Origin: Macrostomum lignano
Taxonomy: Eukaryota
Length of the DNA: 64,000 nt
Direction of reading: 5' to 3'
Assembly: GCA_002269645.1 (NCBI GenBank)
Contig: NIVC01002942.1
Coordinates: 65,388-129,387 of the forward strand
Below the pieces are notes generated by a model. That model had not been told where the DNA came from, made no database searches, and was given only the letters and a program-made list of their open reading frames with translations. Every line of letters starts with the position of its first letter. Within the stretch, counting starts at the first letter, position 1. The translations under genes and the position numbers were made by a program. This document shows, one piece after another, positions 12,817 to 39,400 of this stretch.

Positions 12817-13512
12817 CCCCTCTCTCCCTCTACTTTGTTTTCTTGTTAAACTCCCTAAAATTTCCCATCAAAGACAATAGCATTTCTTGCTCAGCAATAA
12901 ATTTATCCAGCAATTTATGAGGCAGTGAATTCATTCGTTTATGAGAAGTTAATGCAATCAACCGGGATTCTGTCACAGTGCTCACTCACCCGATGGGGCA
13001 CAGAGCTGCTCACTGCCTGCTTCATCTTCTCCCCCTCGAGTCTCTCCTTTCGTTGAGTTGCCGCAGCTCAGCTTCGAGGCGGTCGTCTCCGCTGGCCCGC
13101 TGCTAATTACATGCGCTGCCCCCTTTCCTTTGTAGCCGGGGCACCTGGCCAGTCCCGGACACGGCTCCTAATCTCGAATCCCACCCCCCCCCCCCAGAAA
13201 GGCTGCAGGGAAGCCGCAGATGTAGCAAAGTCGCGGCAAAGCGGATTCAGAGACACGCGGGAGTCGGGACTGATGAGGCAGAGAGAGGCGACCGGGGAGT
13301 TCTAGAGAGAGTGGGGAGCAGAAGGTGCAGCCTGGCCCGATTCTGCAGCTTCAGGCCATGGGAACTCGCTGTGTGCAGCCCGCCTGTGAGAGCGGGAGTT
13401 TGTTTATGGCTGAACGAACTCTCGGGAAGGTGCGAAATAAACTGAACTGAGTGAACTCAAAATGCGCTTTTAATTATTTAAATTCCCTGCCGATTTAACC
13501 TGCCCTGCCGAT

Positions 13513-14198
13513 ACAACTGCCGCACTGTCCGGGAAATTCGATGGGGAACTGGGGATTGCATAAGACAACTGCCGCACTGTCCGGGAAATTCGATGGCGAA
13601 CTGGGGATTGCATAAGACAACTGCCGCACTGTCCGGGAAATTCGATGGGGAACTGGGGATTGCATAAGACAACTGCCGCACTGTCCGGGAAATTCGATGG
13701 GGAACTGGGGATTGCATAAGACAACTGCCGCACTGTCCGGGAAATTCGATGGGGAACTGGGGATTGCATAAGACAACTGCCGCACTGTCCGGGAAATTCG
13801 ATGGGGAACTGGGGATTGCATAAGACAACTGCCGCACTGTCCGGGAAATTCGATGGGGAACTGGGGATTGCATAAGACAACTGCCGCACTGTCCGGGAAA
13901 TTCGATGGGGAACTGGGGATTGCATAAGACAACTGCCGCACTGTCCGGGAAATTCGATGGGGAACTGGGGATTGCATAAGACAACTGCCGCACTGTCCGG
14001 GAAATTCGATGGGGAACTGGGGATTGCATAAGACAACTGCCGCACTGTCCGGGAAATTCGATGGGGAACTGGGGATTGCATAAGACAACTGCCGCACTGT
14101 CCGGGAAATTCGATGGGGAACTGGGGATTGCATAAGACAACTGCCGCACTGTCCGGGAAATTTGATGGGGAACTGGGGATTGCATAAGACAACTGCCC
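13513..14198. repeat. 52-bp minisatellite (ACAACTGCCGCACTGTCCGGGAAATTCGATGGGGAACTGGGGATTGCATAAG), ~13 near-identical copies
   Basis: Visible tandem array ending ~430 bp upstream of the stonin ATG. Confidence 0.96.
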
Positions 14199-14630
14199 CG
14201 ACCAGTTGCAGCTCCGCTTCCCGTCCAGAAGTCTTGGTCAAAGCGTCCCTGGACCGGACGGAGGCTCCGGGCTCGCGGGGACAATGCGATCTGCATGGGA
14301 GGGAAGAAAAGTTGCTCCGAGGCAGGGGGGAGCAGCTGCAGGCATGCCGCGAATCAGTGCCCGGGATAGGAGGGCGGCAGCGGCAGCCCTATAAGTGAGT
14401 CGCTCCACTCAAATTCAGCCCTTCCTGTTGTGTCCGAGTCCCGCGATCCTTCACTCAAGGGCCGGCCTGCGAGCGAAGTGCAAAGAAGCCGAGGCCCCGA
14501 GCTGCCCCCGCCTTCTGCCTCTTTATACTCATCTCGGGTTCCCTCGGGGATAACACGCAGCTGCGGACCCCGGCTTCCCTGCTCAGAGCTACTCAGCCTA
14601 ATCCGGCCTTGGCTCGAGTCCCCCTTCGCA

Positions 14631-14727
14631 ATGAGCAGCGCCAGCGGCAGCGGCAGCGGCGGCCACGAAAATAAAAAGCCGCTGTTCGGACTGCTGCCGT
14701 CATTTCGTCGGAGAAAGTCCAAGTCCA

Positions 14728-14760
<33 letters not shown>

Positions 14761-17700
14761 AGCAGCAGCAGCAGCATCAGAAGGAACAGGGCAAGCAGCC
14801 GTCCCCGCAACCAGAGCGAAGCGCGGATTTGGACGCGACCGAGTTCGAGTTCGGGCAGACCTACGAGCACCGCGGCAACGTGCAGGGCGTGTACTACAGC
14901 TACCTGGCTGCCGAGGAGTTCGGCTCGCCCTACGTGCAGAGTCACGAGGACTTCCGCACCAGCAGCCTGTCGCTGGAGTTCTCAGAGCGCGACGTGGTGA
15001 TGCCGGACCGGGACGCCCGCTTCTCCTTCAAGACTCTGCAAAGTCGCGGCAACAGCGGCGTATCGGCGCGCGGCGATCGGCGCAGCTCGTGCCGGCGCGA
15101 ATCGACTGAGGGAAGCGGCGGATCGGCGCGCGGCGAGCGTCGGCGCAGCTCGTGCAGACGCGAGTCAACCGAGGGCGGCGCCAGCTCCGGCGGGGGCTCC
15201 GGCAGCCGCCGCTGCTCAGAAGTGGACGTGGAGCAGATCCGGGCCACTCTGTTCCCCGTGGACCCGCGTGAGTGCCAGTTCCAAGCCACTCAGGAGCTCG
15301 CGCAGCTGGTGAAGGACATCAGCGAGCAGCTCAGCCTCAGCAGCTGCGACAGCGAAGAGGAGGGTGAGGAGGGGACGAGCAGCACCTGCCGAGCTGCAGA
15401 GCGGGCGGACCGGGCTGTCCAGGAGTTCTTCACCAGCGCTAACTTGGACAGCTGCCTGGAGGCGGGGCCTGAGTGCCCGGCTACTGGCGACGAGTTTTCT
15501 ATGCCACCGGAGCTGGAGGATAAAGCGCCGGACGAGCGCTCTGCCGCACCGGAGCTGGAGGATAAAGCGCCGGACGAGCGCTCTGCCGCACCAGAGCTGG
15601 AGAATAAAGCGCCGGACGAGCGCTCTGCCGCACCGGAGCTGGAGGATAAAGCGCCGGACGAGCGCCCTGCCGCACCGGAGCTGGAGGATAAAGCGCCGGA
15701 CGAGCGCTCTGCCGCACCGGAGCTGGAGGATAAAGCGCCGGACGAGCGCCCTGCCGCAGCGGAGCTGGAGGATAAAGCGCCGGACGAGCGCCCTGCCGCA
15801 GCGGAGCTGGAGGATAAAGCGCCGGACGAGCGCCCTGCCGCACCGGAGCTGGAGAATAAAGCGCCAGACGAGCGCTCTGCCGCAGCGGAGCTGGAGGATA
15901 AAGCGCCGGACGAGCGCCCTGCCGCACCGGAGCTGGAGGATAAAGCGCCGGACGAGCGCCCTGCCGCACCGGAGCTGGAGGATAAAGCGCCGGACGAGCG
16001 CCCTGCCGCAGCGGAGCTGGAGGATAAAGCGCCGGACGAGCGCCCTGCCGCAGCGGAGCTGGAGGATAAAGCGCCGGACGAGCGCCCTGCCGCAGCGGAG
16101 CTGGAGGATAAAGCGCCGGACGAGCGCCCTGCCGCACCGGAGCTGGAGGATAAAGCGCCGGACGAGCGCCCTGCCGCACCGGAGCTGGAGGATAAAGCGC
16201 CGGACGAGCGCCCTGCCGCAGCGGAGCTGGAGGATAAAGCGCCGGACGAGCGCCCTGCCGCAGCGGATGAGGACAGAGAAGGCCAGGATTTCAGCTGCAG
16301 CAGCCCAAATGATTTCAAAGCAGCTCAGCAGGGGTGCGGAAGTACGGCAGGTCAGCTGCAGCTGGACTAGATGAATTCCCGCTTTCCACAAACTGTTTTC
16401 GCGCACTGTTTGCTTCGCAAAAAATAGACTCACACGAGTTCTGAGCTTCTCAAACAGCTTGAGTGGCTGAAACAGAGCAGCTGGATTTTACTAAACTTTT
16501 TCAACCAGCCTGATGCGGAAGGGAATCTGTAAGAAAGGCTGAAGCCTGTCAAAGGATTCTGGGCATGAAGCTCCGGGGATCGATCAGGGCTCAGGCTAAG
16601 AGGTGCGGGGCAGGAAGATTGGGGTGGCCGGATGCATCAGCTGATTCCTAAGCCTCGAGATGGAGAGTGAATTAGAAGGTGGTCGGCAAAAATGAAACGC
16701 GGAGTGCGGAGAGCGGTGGCCGTCCCGCTTCACGCCTGAGCTGCCCCAGCTGCCTGGGAGCGGCTTGATGAGGCGGCGGAGGGAACAGCGGAGAGAATTT
16801 TTATGGTAGGCTGGCGTAAGCAGGAGGGCGGAATGTAAATTAGCTGGGACGGGCTGACGAGTCCTTCAAGTCTTTAATAAGCAGGCAGAGTTGCCATGGG
16901 GCAATGTCTGACGGCCTGACTGACCTAGAAAAATGACTGCAAGCGGCTGAACCCCCCTCTCCCTCCGCAGGCGCGATGAGCTTGTCCGAATGTGTTGCAG
17001 CGGAGGCCTCGGGTCTGCAGGGCTTCCCTGTGGCTGCTCAGGATGGCAGCTCAACTGAAGCCGAAGGGCCGAGCCAGAGCACCGGCGGGATCCGCGCCCA
17101 GCTCGGCCAGGACGGTGCGGCAAAGCTGGCCGATGCGGGCTCGCTGGAGACCATCGCTGAGCGGCAGGAGACTCCAGAAGGGCCCGGGCGGAGCCCTCAG
17201 CGGTTCAACCCGTTCGACACCGACGATCGGGACCAGCTGCGGCTGGTGGAAGAAGCCGACGCCAGGAGCGAACAGAGCTCCTTGAGGCGCTGCTCTACTC
17301 GCGAGGAAGAGCCTGCAAGTGACGCGGTCTTCATCTCGGAGCTGATGGTGCAGGCGCAGGTTGAGCAGAGCCGGCTCGAGCCGTTCCACCCGCCATATGA
17401 TGCAGCGGACGGCTGGCTGCTGTGGGCGCGGCTCTGCGGAGACGCCGCGAAAGCGTCATGGACGGAGGTCCGCGTCCGGCTGACCAGCGAGCCCAGCTTG
17501 GAGCTGCTCGACGAAGCTACAGACCGGTTGCTGCAAGTCATCAGGCTGGATGCGAGCCAGCAGGTTGGCGAGGACGTGCTGAAGCTGTACGAAGGCGTGG
17601 GCCGGCTGCACACATTCAAGCTCAGCTCAGTCCGCTACGCGCCGGAGGGCGAACACCGCGCCGACTGGTGGTCGCTGCGCTCGCTGCAGCAAGCCATCGT

Positions 17701-19407
17701 AGGCAGCCGGCTGGCAGAGCGGGAGCAGTCGTGCGGGCCCGCGAAGGTGCAGACCGTCATTATGAAGCTCGGCAGCGCTGAGCAGTACACGTCCAGATCG
17801 CTGGCTTGGGCCATCGAGGACTCGCTGATGAGGATCTCGGATGCGACGCCACAGCCGCCGCCAGTTGAGTGCGCCAAGGAGAGCAGCTTCTTCTGTGCCT
17901 ACCTGCGCGACGAATTCGAGGCCATGATCGACCGCGAGGGCCAGGTGATGCACCGGAAGTGGCGCACCCGGCTGTTCTTTCTGGCTGTTGTCGCTCCGTC
18001 CGATGCGCCGAGCTGCGTGGAGCTCGCGCTGAACGACAGGCGGCGCCGAGAGGCCGAGCGGTCGATCGACTCAGACGGCGGCGACGATGGCGAATGGGTC
18101 GGCGTGCTGGACGCGGAGCTGCACGCTCGGGTGGAGGTCCGCGGATATCGGGAATCTCGCTTCATCCGCTTTCAGCCGGTGCCGTCCTGCCGTCTGGAGG
18201 CGGCCCGGGTCCGCACGGTTCCCGGCCGCGACGAGGACTGGCAGCTGGAGCCGCCGCTCCGCCTGGCCTGCAGATTTGTCGCCTGCGCCGACGGCAACCT
18301 GGTGAGCATCCGCTGCACCCTCACAGGCCAGAGAGAGGCGCTCCGGCGTCGAACGGCGGCCGCGGCGAGCGAAGTTGAGATTCGAGTGCCGCTGCCCGAG
18401 GTCTGGCTGCGGCACTTCCGGCTGAAGTCGTCGAGCCCCGCGTCTCCGGGCACGTCGGGCTCCTCGCCGAGGCTCGAGCGCCTGGCGCAGCTGATCTCCC
18501 AGCAGTCGGAGCCGCAGACTGTGGAGCTGAAGGTCAGCGCCGGCTCTGCTCAGTACCAGGACGCCCACCGGGGCCTCGTTTGGCGTATCGAGCGGCTGCC
18601 CGCGGACAAGCTGAGAGGTTGGTTGCGAATCGATCTGGTGAACTTTTCTAAACCACAGCATGACTACTAGCCAACTATAATCATAAGCAATTACATGTAT
18701 GCGGGGGCTGTAAAAGTTAAGGTGCAAGCATATAAGGATAAGGAGTAAATTATTGAAACGCGTGCTGTTTGAAATCAGCTTGAGAATGAAATCTGAAAGT
18801 CCTTCGGGGAACTTGTTCCCTAGATATTAAAAACAAGTGAAAAGCGGTTCTTCACATCCCACATACAGCAGGCTGTCCGGAGCCCCAGCAGCTGGACTGC
18901 AGCCTCCGCCTTCCGCCTGGTGACCTGATTCCCGACGGCGAGGCGCTGACTGACTCCGCGTCGATTGAGTTCAGCCTGCCGGACACCTTCGTGTCAGGCT
19001 GCAGCCTGCGCCGCTTCAGCGTTGACGGCCCGGACGGCCCAGCGGATCGGCAGCAGCTGCTGGAGCGGCGCTCGGCCAAGTTCAGCTACAGCTGCAGCAT
19101 CGACTACCGCGGCCTGGGCGATCAGCGGACTGTGGTCGGCGAGCCGGCGGAGAACTCCATGCGAAGTCGCAGGGCCACTTTCGGCGGCGGCGGCGGTGGC
19201 GTTGGAGGCGCGAAATTTCCGGGGTCGCCGCGTTCCCGCGCCTCCGACCTGAGCGGCTTCATTCGCAGCCTGGTGCACATCAACTCGAGTGGCGCCGAGG
19301 CCGAATGCGCAGCTCGGGGGGAACCGCCGAGCGGAGCAGCCGAGTATCATCAGCCCAGGCCGAGGCGCAGACGACTGACGGGCGGCCTGACTGACGATTC
19401 GAGCTGA
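14631..19407 (+). CDS. stnB: Stonin / Stoned-B-like endocytic adaptor (SHD + mu-homology domain), ~1,301 aa. Exons 14631-16350, 16971-18617, 18869 (or 18872)-19407
   Basis: Both introns are phase 1 and GT-AG. NPF motif (RFNPFD). Stonin-homology domain (WLLWAR..SW..V.VRL; FKLSSVRY; KLGS..Y..L..AIEDSLMRI). Mu-homology segments LRDEF.A.ID..G.V.....TRLFFL, ELALND, SRFIRFQP...CRLE..R.R, GSAQYQDAHRGLVWRI.RLP and EFSLPDTFVSG.SLR.FSV. Attachment of exon 1 rests on phase and splice signals, not homology. Confidence 0.85.
15507..16262 (+). repeat. In-frame 42-bp coding repeat, 18 copies of (P/A)ELE(D/N)KAPDER(P/S)AA
   Basis: Exactly 18x42 nt inside the open exon-1 frame of the stonin gene. Confidence 0.93.
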
Positions 19408-21401
19408 ATCTGCAAATCAATCAACGTGCTCGGAAATTTATTAGAAATTAGTTATAAATTATGTTTTCACATAAAAATGAAGGCATCAATCACATTGCTT
19501 TGATTTTTATGTCCTTTAAATGTACTATGAGCTATCTACATGGCATGCCTGCATCGGCTTTACCTTTCACATTTAAAAATCTAGTTAGTTAGAGGGCTTC
19601 ATGGAAGTATATATATATTCATTTATTTATTTATTCACATTTTATTTGCTGTTTTTCTGGCGGCCGAGAAGGCGTAAAGTTTCGCAGTTTGCATTGCTAA
19701 ACGTGCAACTGTAGTATGCGTGCAGCCACTTAAAAAAACTAGATGTACAGTCGTGGGCCCAGTACACTGTTAAAATATTAAAGGCAAAGCAGCACATATT
19801 GCTTTTATTAACGGGAGTGCTTTAAGCAAATAAATAATAATTTGATTTTTATTCTGCGACAAAGGACTTTCTGTACACATCATGCAGGTGTATTTGTTTT
19901 TGTGCCTTGAAAGATGAACATAGGATCTGCCATTCTGCCTGCTATCAAAAGCAATTGCAAATTCAGTGCTGAAAATCAAAATCTCCGTTCTCCTTAATGT
20001 ATTTTTTCGGTAAAACATCCTCTTAAAAATTTCCTAGAATCGTAGTTCCCTGCATATCCTTGGCTTCTACTTGAGTAGTTCTTGAATTTACAGTTGGAAA
20101 TAATAAGAAGCCAACCCAAGAATACATGGGGACTGCTTATTACACCAAAAGCTGATATGGACTATGGGTCCCATCCCACGTCCCGATATCTGGCGCCTTC
20201 GATAAACTTAAGATACATGCACATAGCAATGGCGTGAAAATTGATCAATATAAGTTTTAGTCAAATATAAATACTATTTTTGTAAGTTATTAAACTGCAA
20301 TAAGCTAAAAACTAAACTTTTAAATAAAATATAAAAATATCTTAGTAACTTTAAAATCATTTGTTTTACTTACTAACGTACCAATGGTTGGCATTGTCAA
20401 TATTTTTAAAAGGTACATTATTCTGTCTTTTTTGTAGGAATTTGTAGGTACAAAACTATAAACAAATATTCTTAGAGTTTGCCGATTTATAATAGAAGTA
20501 CTATGATTATTTCTAGCATTCAGAGAAACTTAACTTACTCACGTGGCCAAAGGACTAAATATGCTTATTTTAGCGATGCCTAATCTATTATAGCTCGTAT
20601 ATTGCTATAACTTGTAAAAAATTCAATTTGTAAGCAACCCAGACATCTTGCAGTTAATCAATCAGTTTTTCGCTGTAATTTATTTGACTATGGTTGGTTA
20701 TCAAATATTTTTATAATTTCTCCTATGCCAAAATAAGAAGCAGACTATTTTCATAAATCTAAAAAATCTGCAAGTCAACTCGCTCAAAAGTCTTGACAAG
20801 TAAATATTTTTGAACCTCTAAAACTTTTATGTAAATCTGAAAAATCAGAATATATAACTCTTTTTTTCAAAGTAAATTTTAAAAAGAATATCATACAGTA
20901 TAATATATTTGATAGTCATTTATCTTTATAAAAGTTTCCTATGATTTCTTATATTATCATACATTTAATATGCACTCATAGCAAAGTAAATATAAATGAA
21001 TTTTTTTAAATTAAAAGACAAGCTATATATCTAATTAAAATGGAAACTAACATGAAAAAACTTCAATTTTTCTGATTTAGCAAAACTATGATTTTGTGGT
21101 ATTGTTATTATTTTTTGTATCTTGTAATGTATATATATTTAGCCTATACATGTTTATATATCCAATCAAAGGAATTAAACTTGCAATTTAAACTATTTTA
21201 TTGCTATAAAAACTCAATGAGTGACTTGACACTTTTATTGATGAACTCCAGTACTACTATTAATTTGAGATTAATCTTAAAACTACTTTATAATAACCTT
21301 TTCTTGAAATAATTATTACACTTGCTTTGAACCCATAGAAAACATCAAGGTGTAATTCATGAGGCATAGTCTCAGCTGACCTGCATTCCAGGCCCAGCAG
21401 G

Positions 21402-24599
<3,198 letters not shown>

Positions 24600-24879
24600 G
24601 TGCTGCAGGTGGCCGACCGGAGCTGTGCAGTCTCTGCAATCATTTTTGAACTTGAGGAGAATGTGGACACACTTAGTTGTTTTTATATCCCAGCTCCTGG
24701 GATCCTTATCCCTATTATGTTTGAGACTAGTGTCCTTTGTGATCAAAGTTCTTTCAGACTCGTACTTAAAGAAATTTCATCCCGAGAGCTTTAAGAACTT
24801 TGATTTGGTGTAGTTTTACTCAAAGTCCTTAGTACTACGGCTCGTATCAAGATAAAGTTTCTTTGTGTACTTTGGATCA

Positions 24880-25140
24880 AAAGTCCTTAGTGCACTTTGC
24901 ATCAAAATCCTTAGTGCACTTTGCATCAAAATCCTTAGTGCACTTTGCATCAAAATCCTTAGTGCACTTTGCATCAAAATCCTTAGTGCACTTTGCATCA
25001 AAATCCTTAGTGCACTTTGCATCAAAATCCTTAGTGCACTTTGGATCAAAATCCTTAGTGCACTTTGCATCAAAATCCTTAGTGCACTTTGGATCAAAGT
25101 CTTTAGCGTATTTTGAATCAAAGCCTTAGTGTACTTTGGA
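24880..25140. repeat. 24-bp minisatellite TTTGCATCAAAATCCTTAGTGCAC, ~10 copies
   Basis: Visible; intergenic, downstream of PTPDC1. Confidence 0.93.
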
Positions 25141-25602
25141 CTTCTCTCTATGGCATCAGTAGTACAGCGCGCCCTCCGTTATCGGATTCACAATTTGCAG
25201 CAGCGCTAGTCTGAAACTCAAAAGTCAGACATTGCTATTTTTACTACTATTTATATTTTTGTTTTACTAAACTCGCACACAGTTATTTATCAGATGCTGT
25301 AACTGACCGCAATTCAACATTCCGTCTGCAATTGACTGTGAAGAGTGTACTGCAATGAACTTTTTTCCTATAATTTTTTCTTTGTACATGTATACATGCG
25401 GCAGTTCCGAAGGCGTCACTCACTGGTCAGCCGCAATGCGTTCATGCTTACTACTAGTAGTTTTTTCTGCTTTCGTCAAAATTTTCAAATAAAAGTCTAA
25501 CTATTTTCTAACTAAAAGTCTAACTAAAGGTCCTGGGTTGGATCCTTTCGCTAGTTGTCCTATGCAATCTACGGTAAACCAATTTTTGAAGCTGATTGAT
25601 CC

Positions 25603-25955
25603 ATTGGCTGATTGACTGACTGATTGATTTAATGATTGATTGATTGATTGACTGATTGATTGAATGATTGACTGATTGACTGATTGATTGATCGATTGAC
25701 TGATTGATCGATTGACTGATTGATTGATTGATTGACTGATTGATTGACTGATTGATTGATTGATTGACTGATTGATTGATTGATTGATTGACTGATTGAT
25801 TGAATGATTGACTGATTGACTGATTGATTGATCGATTGACTGATTGATCGATTGACTGATTGATTGATTGATTGACTGATTGATTGACTGATTGATTGAT
25901 TGATTGACTGATTGATTGACTGATTGATTGATTGAATGATTGACTGACTGACTGA
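25603..25955. repeat. (GATT/GACT)n compound microsatellite
   Basis: Visible. Confidence 0.95.
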
Positions 25956-26340
25956 TGGGCACACGGGCACTCACAGCTGACAGCTGCACTGACAGCCAAG
26001 CGAAAGCATCGTGAATGATTGTGAAAAGTTCAAGTCAGCGGCAGGTCAGCCCCTCCGCAGTTCTTAAGGCAATTAAAACCGGCTCAGCTCAGGCGCGAGT
26101 TCCGCTGTCTTAAAAAATGTCTGCTGCCGTCTCGGCGGTAGAAACTGCCAATATAAAAAACTGAGCAATTTGGAGAGGCCGGTTTAATCGTAATAGAAAT
26201 GAGCTGAGCTGCGGTACAGAAAAAACTGAGTCTGCGAGAAGGCCAAATGCCTCATCAAATTAAGCTCTCTTAATTAGTCCTGCGGCACCTGACTGCCAAC
26301 TGCTCCCCGCCAGAACTCCTCGCAGGCAAAAAAATGAAAA

Positions 26341-36204
<9,864 letters not shown>

Positions 36205-36488
36205 GTCTGCGAGTTGAGGCCGCCGCTGAGACCTGCAATGAAGTCTGGCTGAGTGCTCTGACCTGAAATGCGAGGCCAATTCCCCAAACTCGCGGCCGCG
36301 TCCTGCAGCAGTGGAGCCGCTTTGGGCCATAGACAATTTTTTTTAATATTTTCATTCTTGCCATCAAAGTCCGGCTAATCAGGATGCGCAGTGTTGATTA
36401 ATTTAATTCCGACTTTATTTTCTTGAAATCATCAATCACAAATCATTGCAGCACCTCGGGCACGGGCCACATGCAGCCACTTGCTGCA

Positions 36489-39400
36489 GTGACTGATTGG
36501 CTACTGTCAGTATGATGACAAAGCTGAGTGACTAATTGGCTACTGTCAGTATGATGACAAAGCTGAGTGACTAATTGGCTACTGTCAGTATGATGACAAA
36601 GCTGAGTGACTAATTGGCTACTGTCAGTATGATGACAAAGCTGAGTGACTAATAGGCTACTGTCAGTATGGTGACAAAGCTGAGTGACTAATTGGCTACT
36701 GTCAGTATGATGACAAAGCTGAGTGACTAATTGGCTACTGTCAGTATGATGACAAAGCTGAGTGACTAATTGGCTACTGTCAGTATGATGACAAAGCTGA
36801 GTGACTAATTCGCTACTGTCAGTATGATGACAAAGCTGAGTGACTAATTAGTTACTGTCAGTATGATGACAAAGCTGAGTGACTAATTGGCTACTGTCAG
36901 TATGATGACAAAGCTGAGTGACTAATTGGCTACTGTCAGTATGGTGACAAAGCTGAGTGACTAATTGGCTACTGTCAGTATGATGACAAAGCTGAGTGAC
37001 TAATTGGCTACTGTCAGTATGATGACAAAGCTGAGTGACTAATTGGCTACTGTCAGTATGATGACAAAGCTGAGTGACTAATTGGCTACTGTCAGTATGA
37101 TGACAAAGCTGAGTGACTAATAGGCTACTGTCAGTATGGTGACAAAGCTGAGTGACTAATTGGCTACTGTCAGTATGATGACAAAGCTGAGTGACTAATT
37201 GGCTACTGTCAGTATGATGACAAAGCTGAGTGACTAATTGGCTACTGTCAGTATGATGACAAAGCTGAGTGACTAATAGGCTACTGTCAGTATGGTGACA
37301 AAGCTGAGTGACTAATTGGCTACTGTCAGTATGATGACAAAGCTGAGTGACTAATTGGCTACTGTCAGTATGATGACAAAGCTGAGTGACTAATTGGCTA
37401 CTGTCAGTATGATGACAAAGCTGAGTGACTAATAGGCTACTGTCAGTATGATGACAAAGCTGAGTGACTAATTGGCTACTGTCAGTATGATGACAAAGCT
37501 GAGTGACTAATTGGCTACTGTCAGTATGATGACAAAGCTGAGTGACTAATTCGCTACTGTCAGTATGATGACAAAGCTGAGTGACTAATTGGCTACTGTC
37601 AGTATGATGACAAAGCTGAGTGACTAATAGGCTACTGTCAGTATGGTGACAAAGCTGAGTGACTAATTGGCTACTGTCAGTATGATGACAAAGCTGAGTG
37701 ACTAATTGGCTACTGTCAGTATGATGACAAAGCTGAGTGACTAATTGGCTACTGTCAGTATGATGACAAAGCTGAGTGACTAATTAGTTACTGTCAGTAT
37801 GATGACAAAGCTGAGTGACTAATTGGCTACTGTCAGTATGATGACAAAGCTGAGTGACTAATTGGCTACTGTCAGTATGGTGACAAAGCTGAGTGACTAA
37901 TTGGCTACTGTCAGTATGATGACAAAGCTGAGTGACTAATTGGCTACTGTCAGTATGATGACAAAGCTGAGTGACTAATTGGCTACTGTCAGTATGATGA
38001 CAAAGCTGAGTGACTAATAGGCTACTGTCAGTATGGTAACAAAGCTGAGTGACTAATTGGCTACTGTCAGTATGATGACAAAGCTGAGTGACTAATTGGC
38101 TACTGTCAGTATGATGACAAAGCTGAGTGACTAATTGGCTACTGTCAGTATGATGACAAAGCTGAGTGACTAATTCGCTACTGTCAGTATGATGACAAAG
38201 CTGAGTGACTAATTGGCTACTGTCAGTATGATGACAAAGCTGAGTGACTAATTGGCTACTGTCAGTATGATGACAAAGCTGAGTGACTAATTCGCTACTG
38301 TCAGTATGATGACAAAGCTGAGTGACTAATTGGCTACTGTCAGTATGATGACAAAGCTGAGTGACTAATTGGCTACTGTCAGTATGATGACAAAGCTGAG
38401 TGACTAATTAGTTACTGTCAGTATGATGACAAAGCTGAGTGACTAATTAGTACTGTCAGTATGATGACAAAGCTGAGTGACTAATTGGCTACTGTCAGTA
38501 TGATGACAAAGCTGAGTGACTAATTGGCTACTGTCAGTATGATGACAAAGCTGAGTGACTAATTCGCTACTGTCAGTATGATGACAAAGCTGAGTGACTA
38601 ATTGGCTACTGTCAGTATGATGACAAAGCTGAGTGACTAATTGGCTACTGTCAGTATGATGACAAAGCTGAGTGACTAATTCGCTACTGTCAGTATGATG
38701 ACAAAGCTGAGTGACTAATTGGCTACTGTCAGTATGATGACAAAGCTGAGTGACTAATAGGCTACTGTCAGTATGATGACAAAGCTGAGTGACTAATTGG
38801 CTACTGTCAGTATGATGACAAAGCTGAGTGACTAATTGGCTACTGTCAGTATGATGACAAAGCTGAGTGACTAATTGGCTACTGTCAGTATGATGACAAA
38901 GCTGAGTGACTAATTGGCTACTGTCAGTATGATGACAAAGCTGAGTGACTAATTCGCTACTGTCAGTATGATGACAAAGCTGAGTGACTAATTGGCTACT
39001 GTCAGTATGATGACAAAGCTGAGTGACTAATAGGCTACTGTCAGTATGATGACAAAGCTGAGTGACTAATTGGCTACTGTCAGTATGATGACAAAGCTGA
39101 GTGACTAATTGGCTACTGTCAGTATGATGACAAAGCTGAGTGACTAATTGTTACTGTCAGTATGATGACAAAGCTGAGTGACTAATTGGCTACTGTCAGT
39201 ATGATGACAAAGCTGAGTGACTAATTGGCTACTGTCAGTATGATGACAAAGCTGAGTGACTAATTGGCTACTGTCAGTATGATGACAAAGCTGAGTGACT
39301 AATTGCTACTGTCAGTATGATGACAAAGCTGAGTGACTAATTGGCTACTGTCAGTATGATGACAAAGCTGAGTGACTAATTGGCTACTGTCAGTATGATG

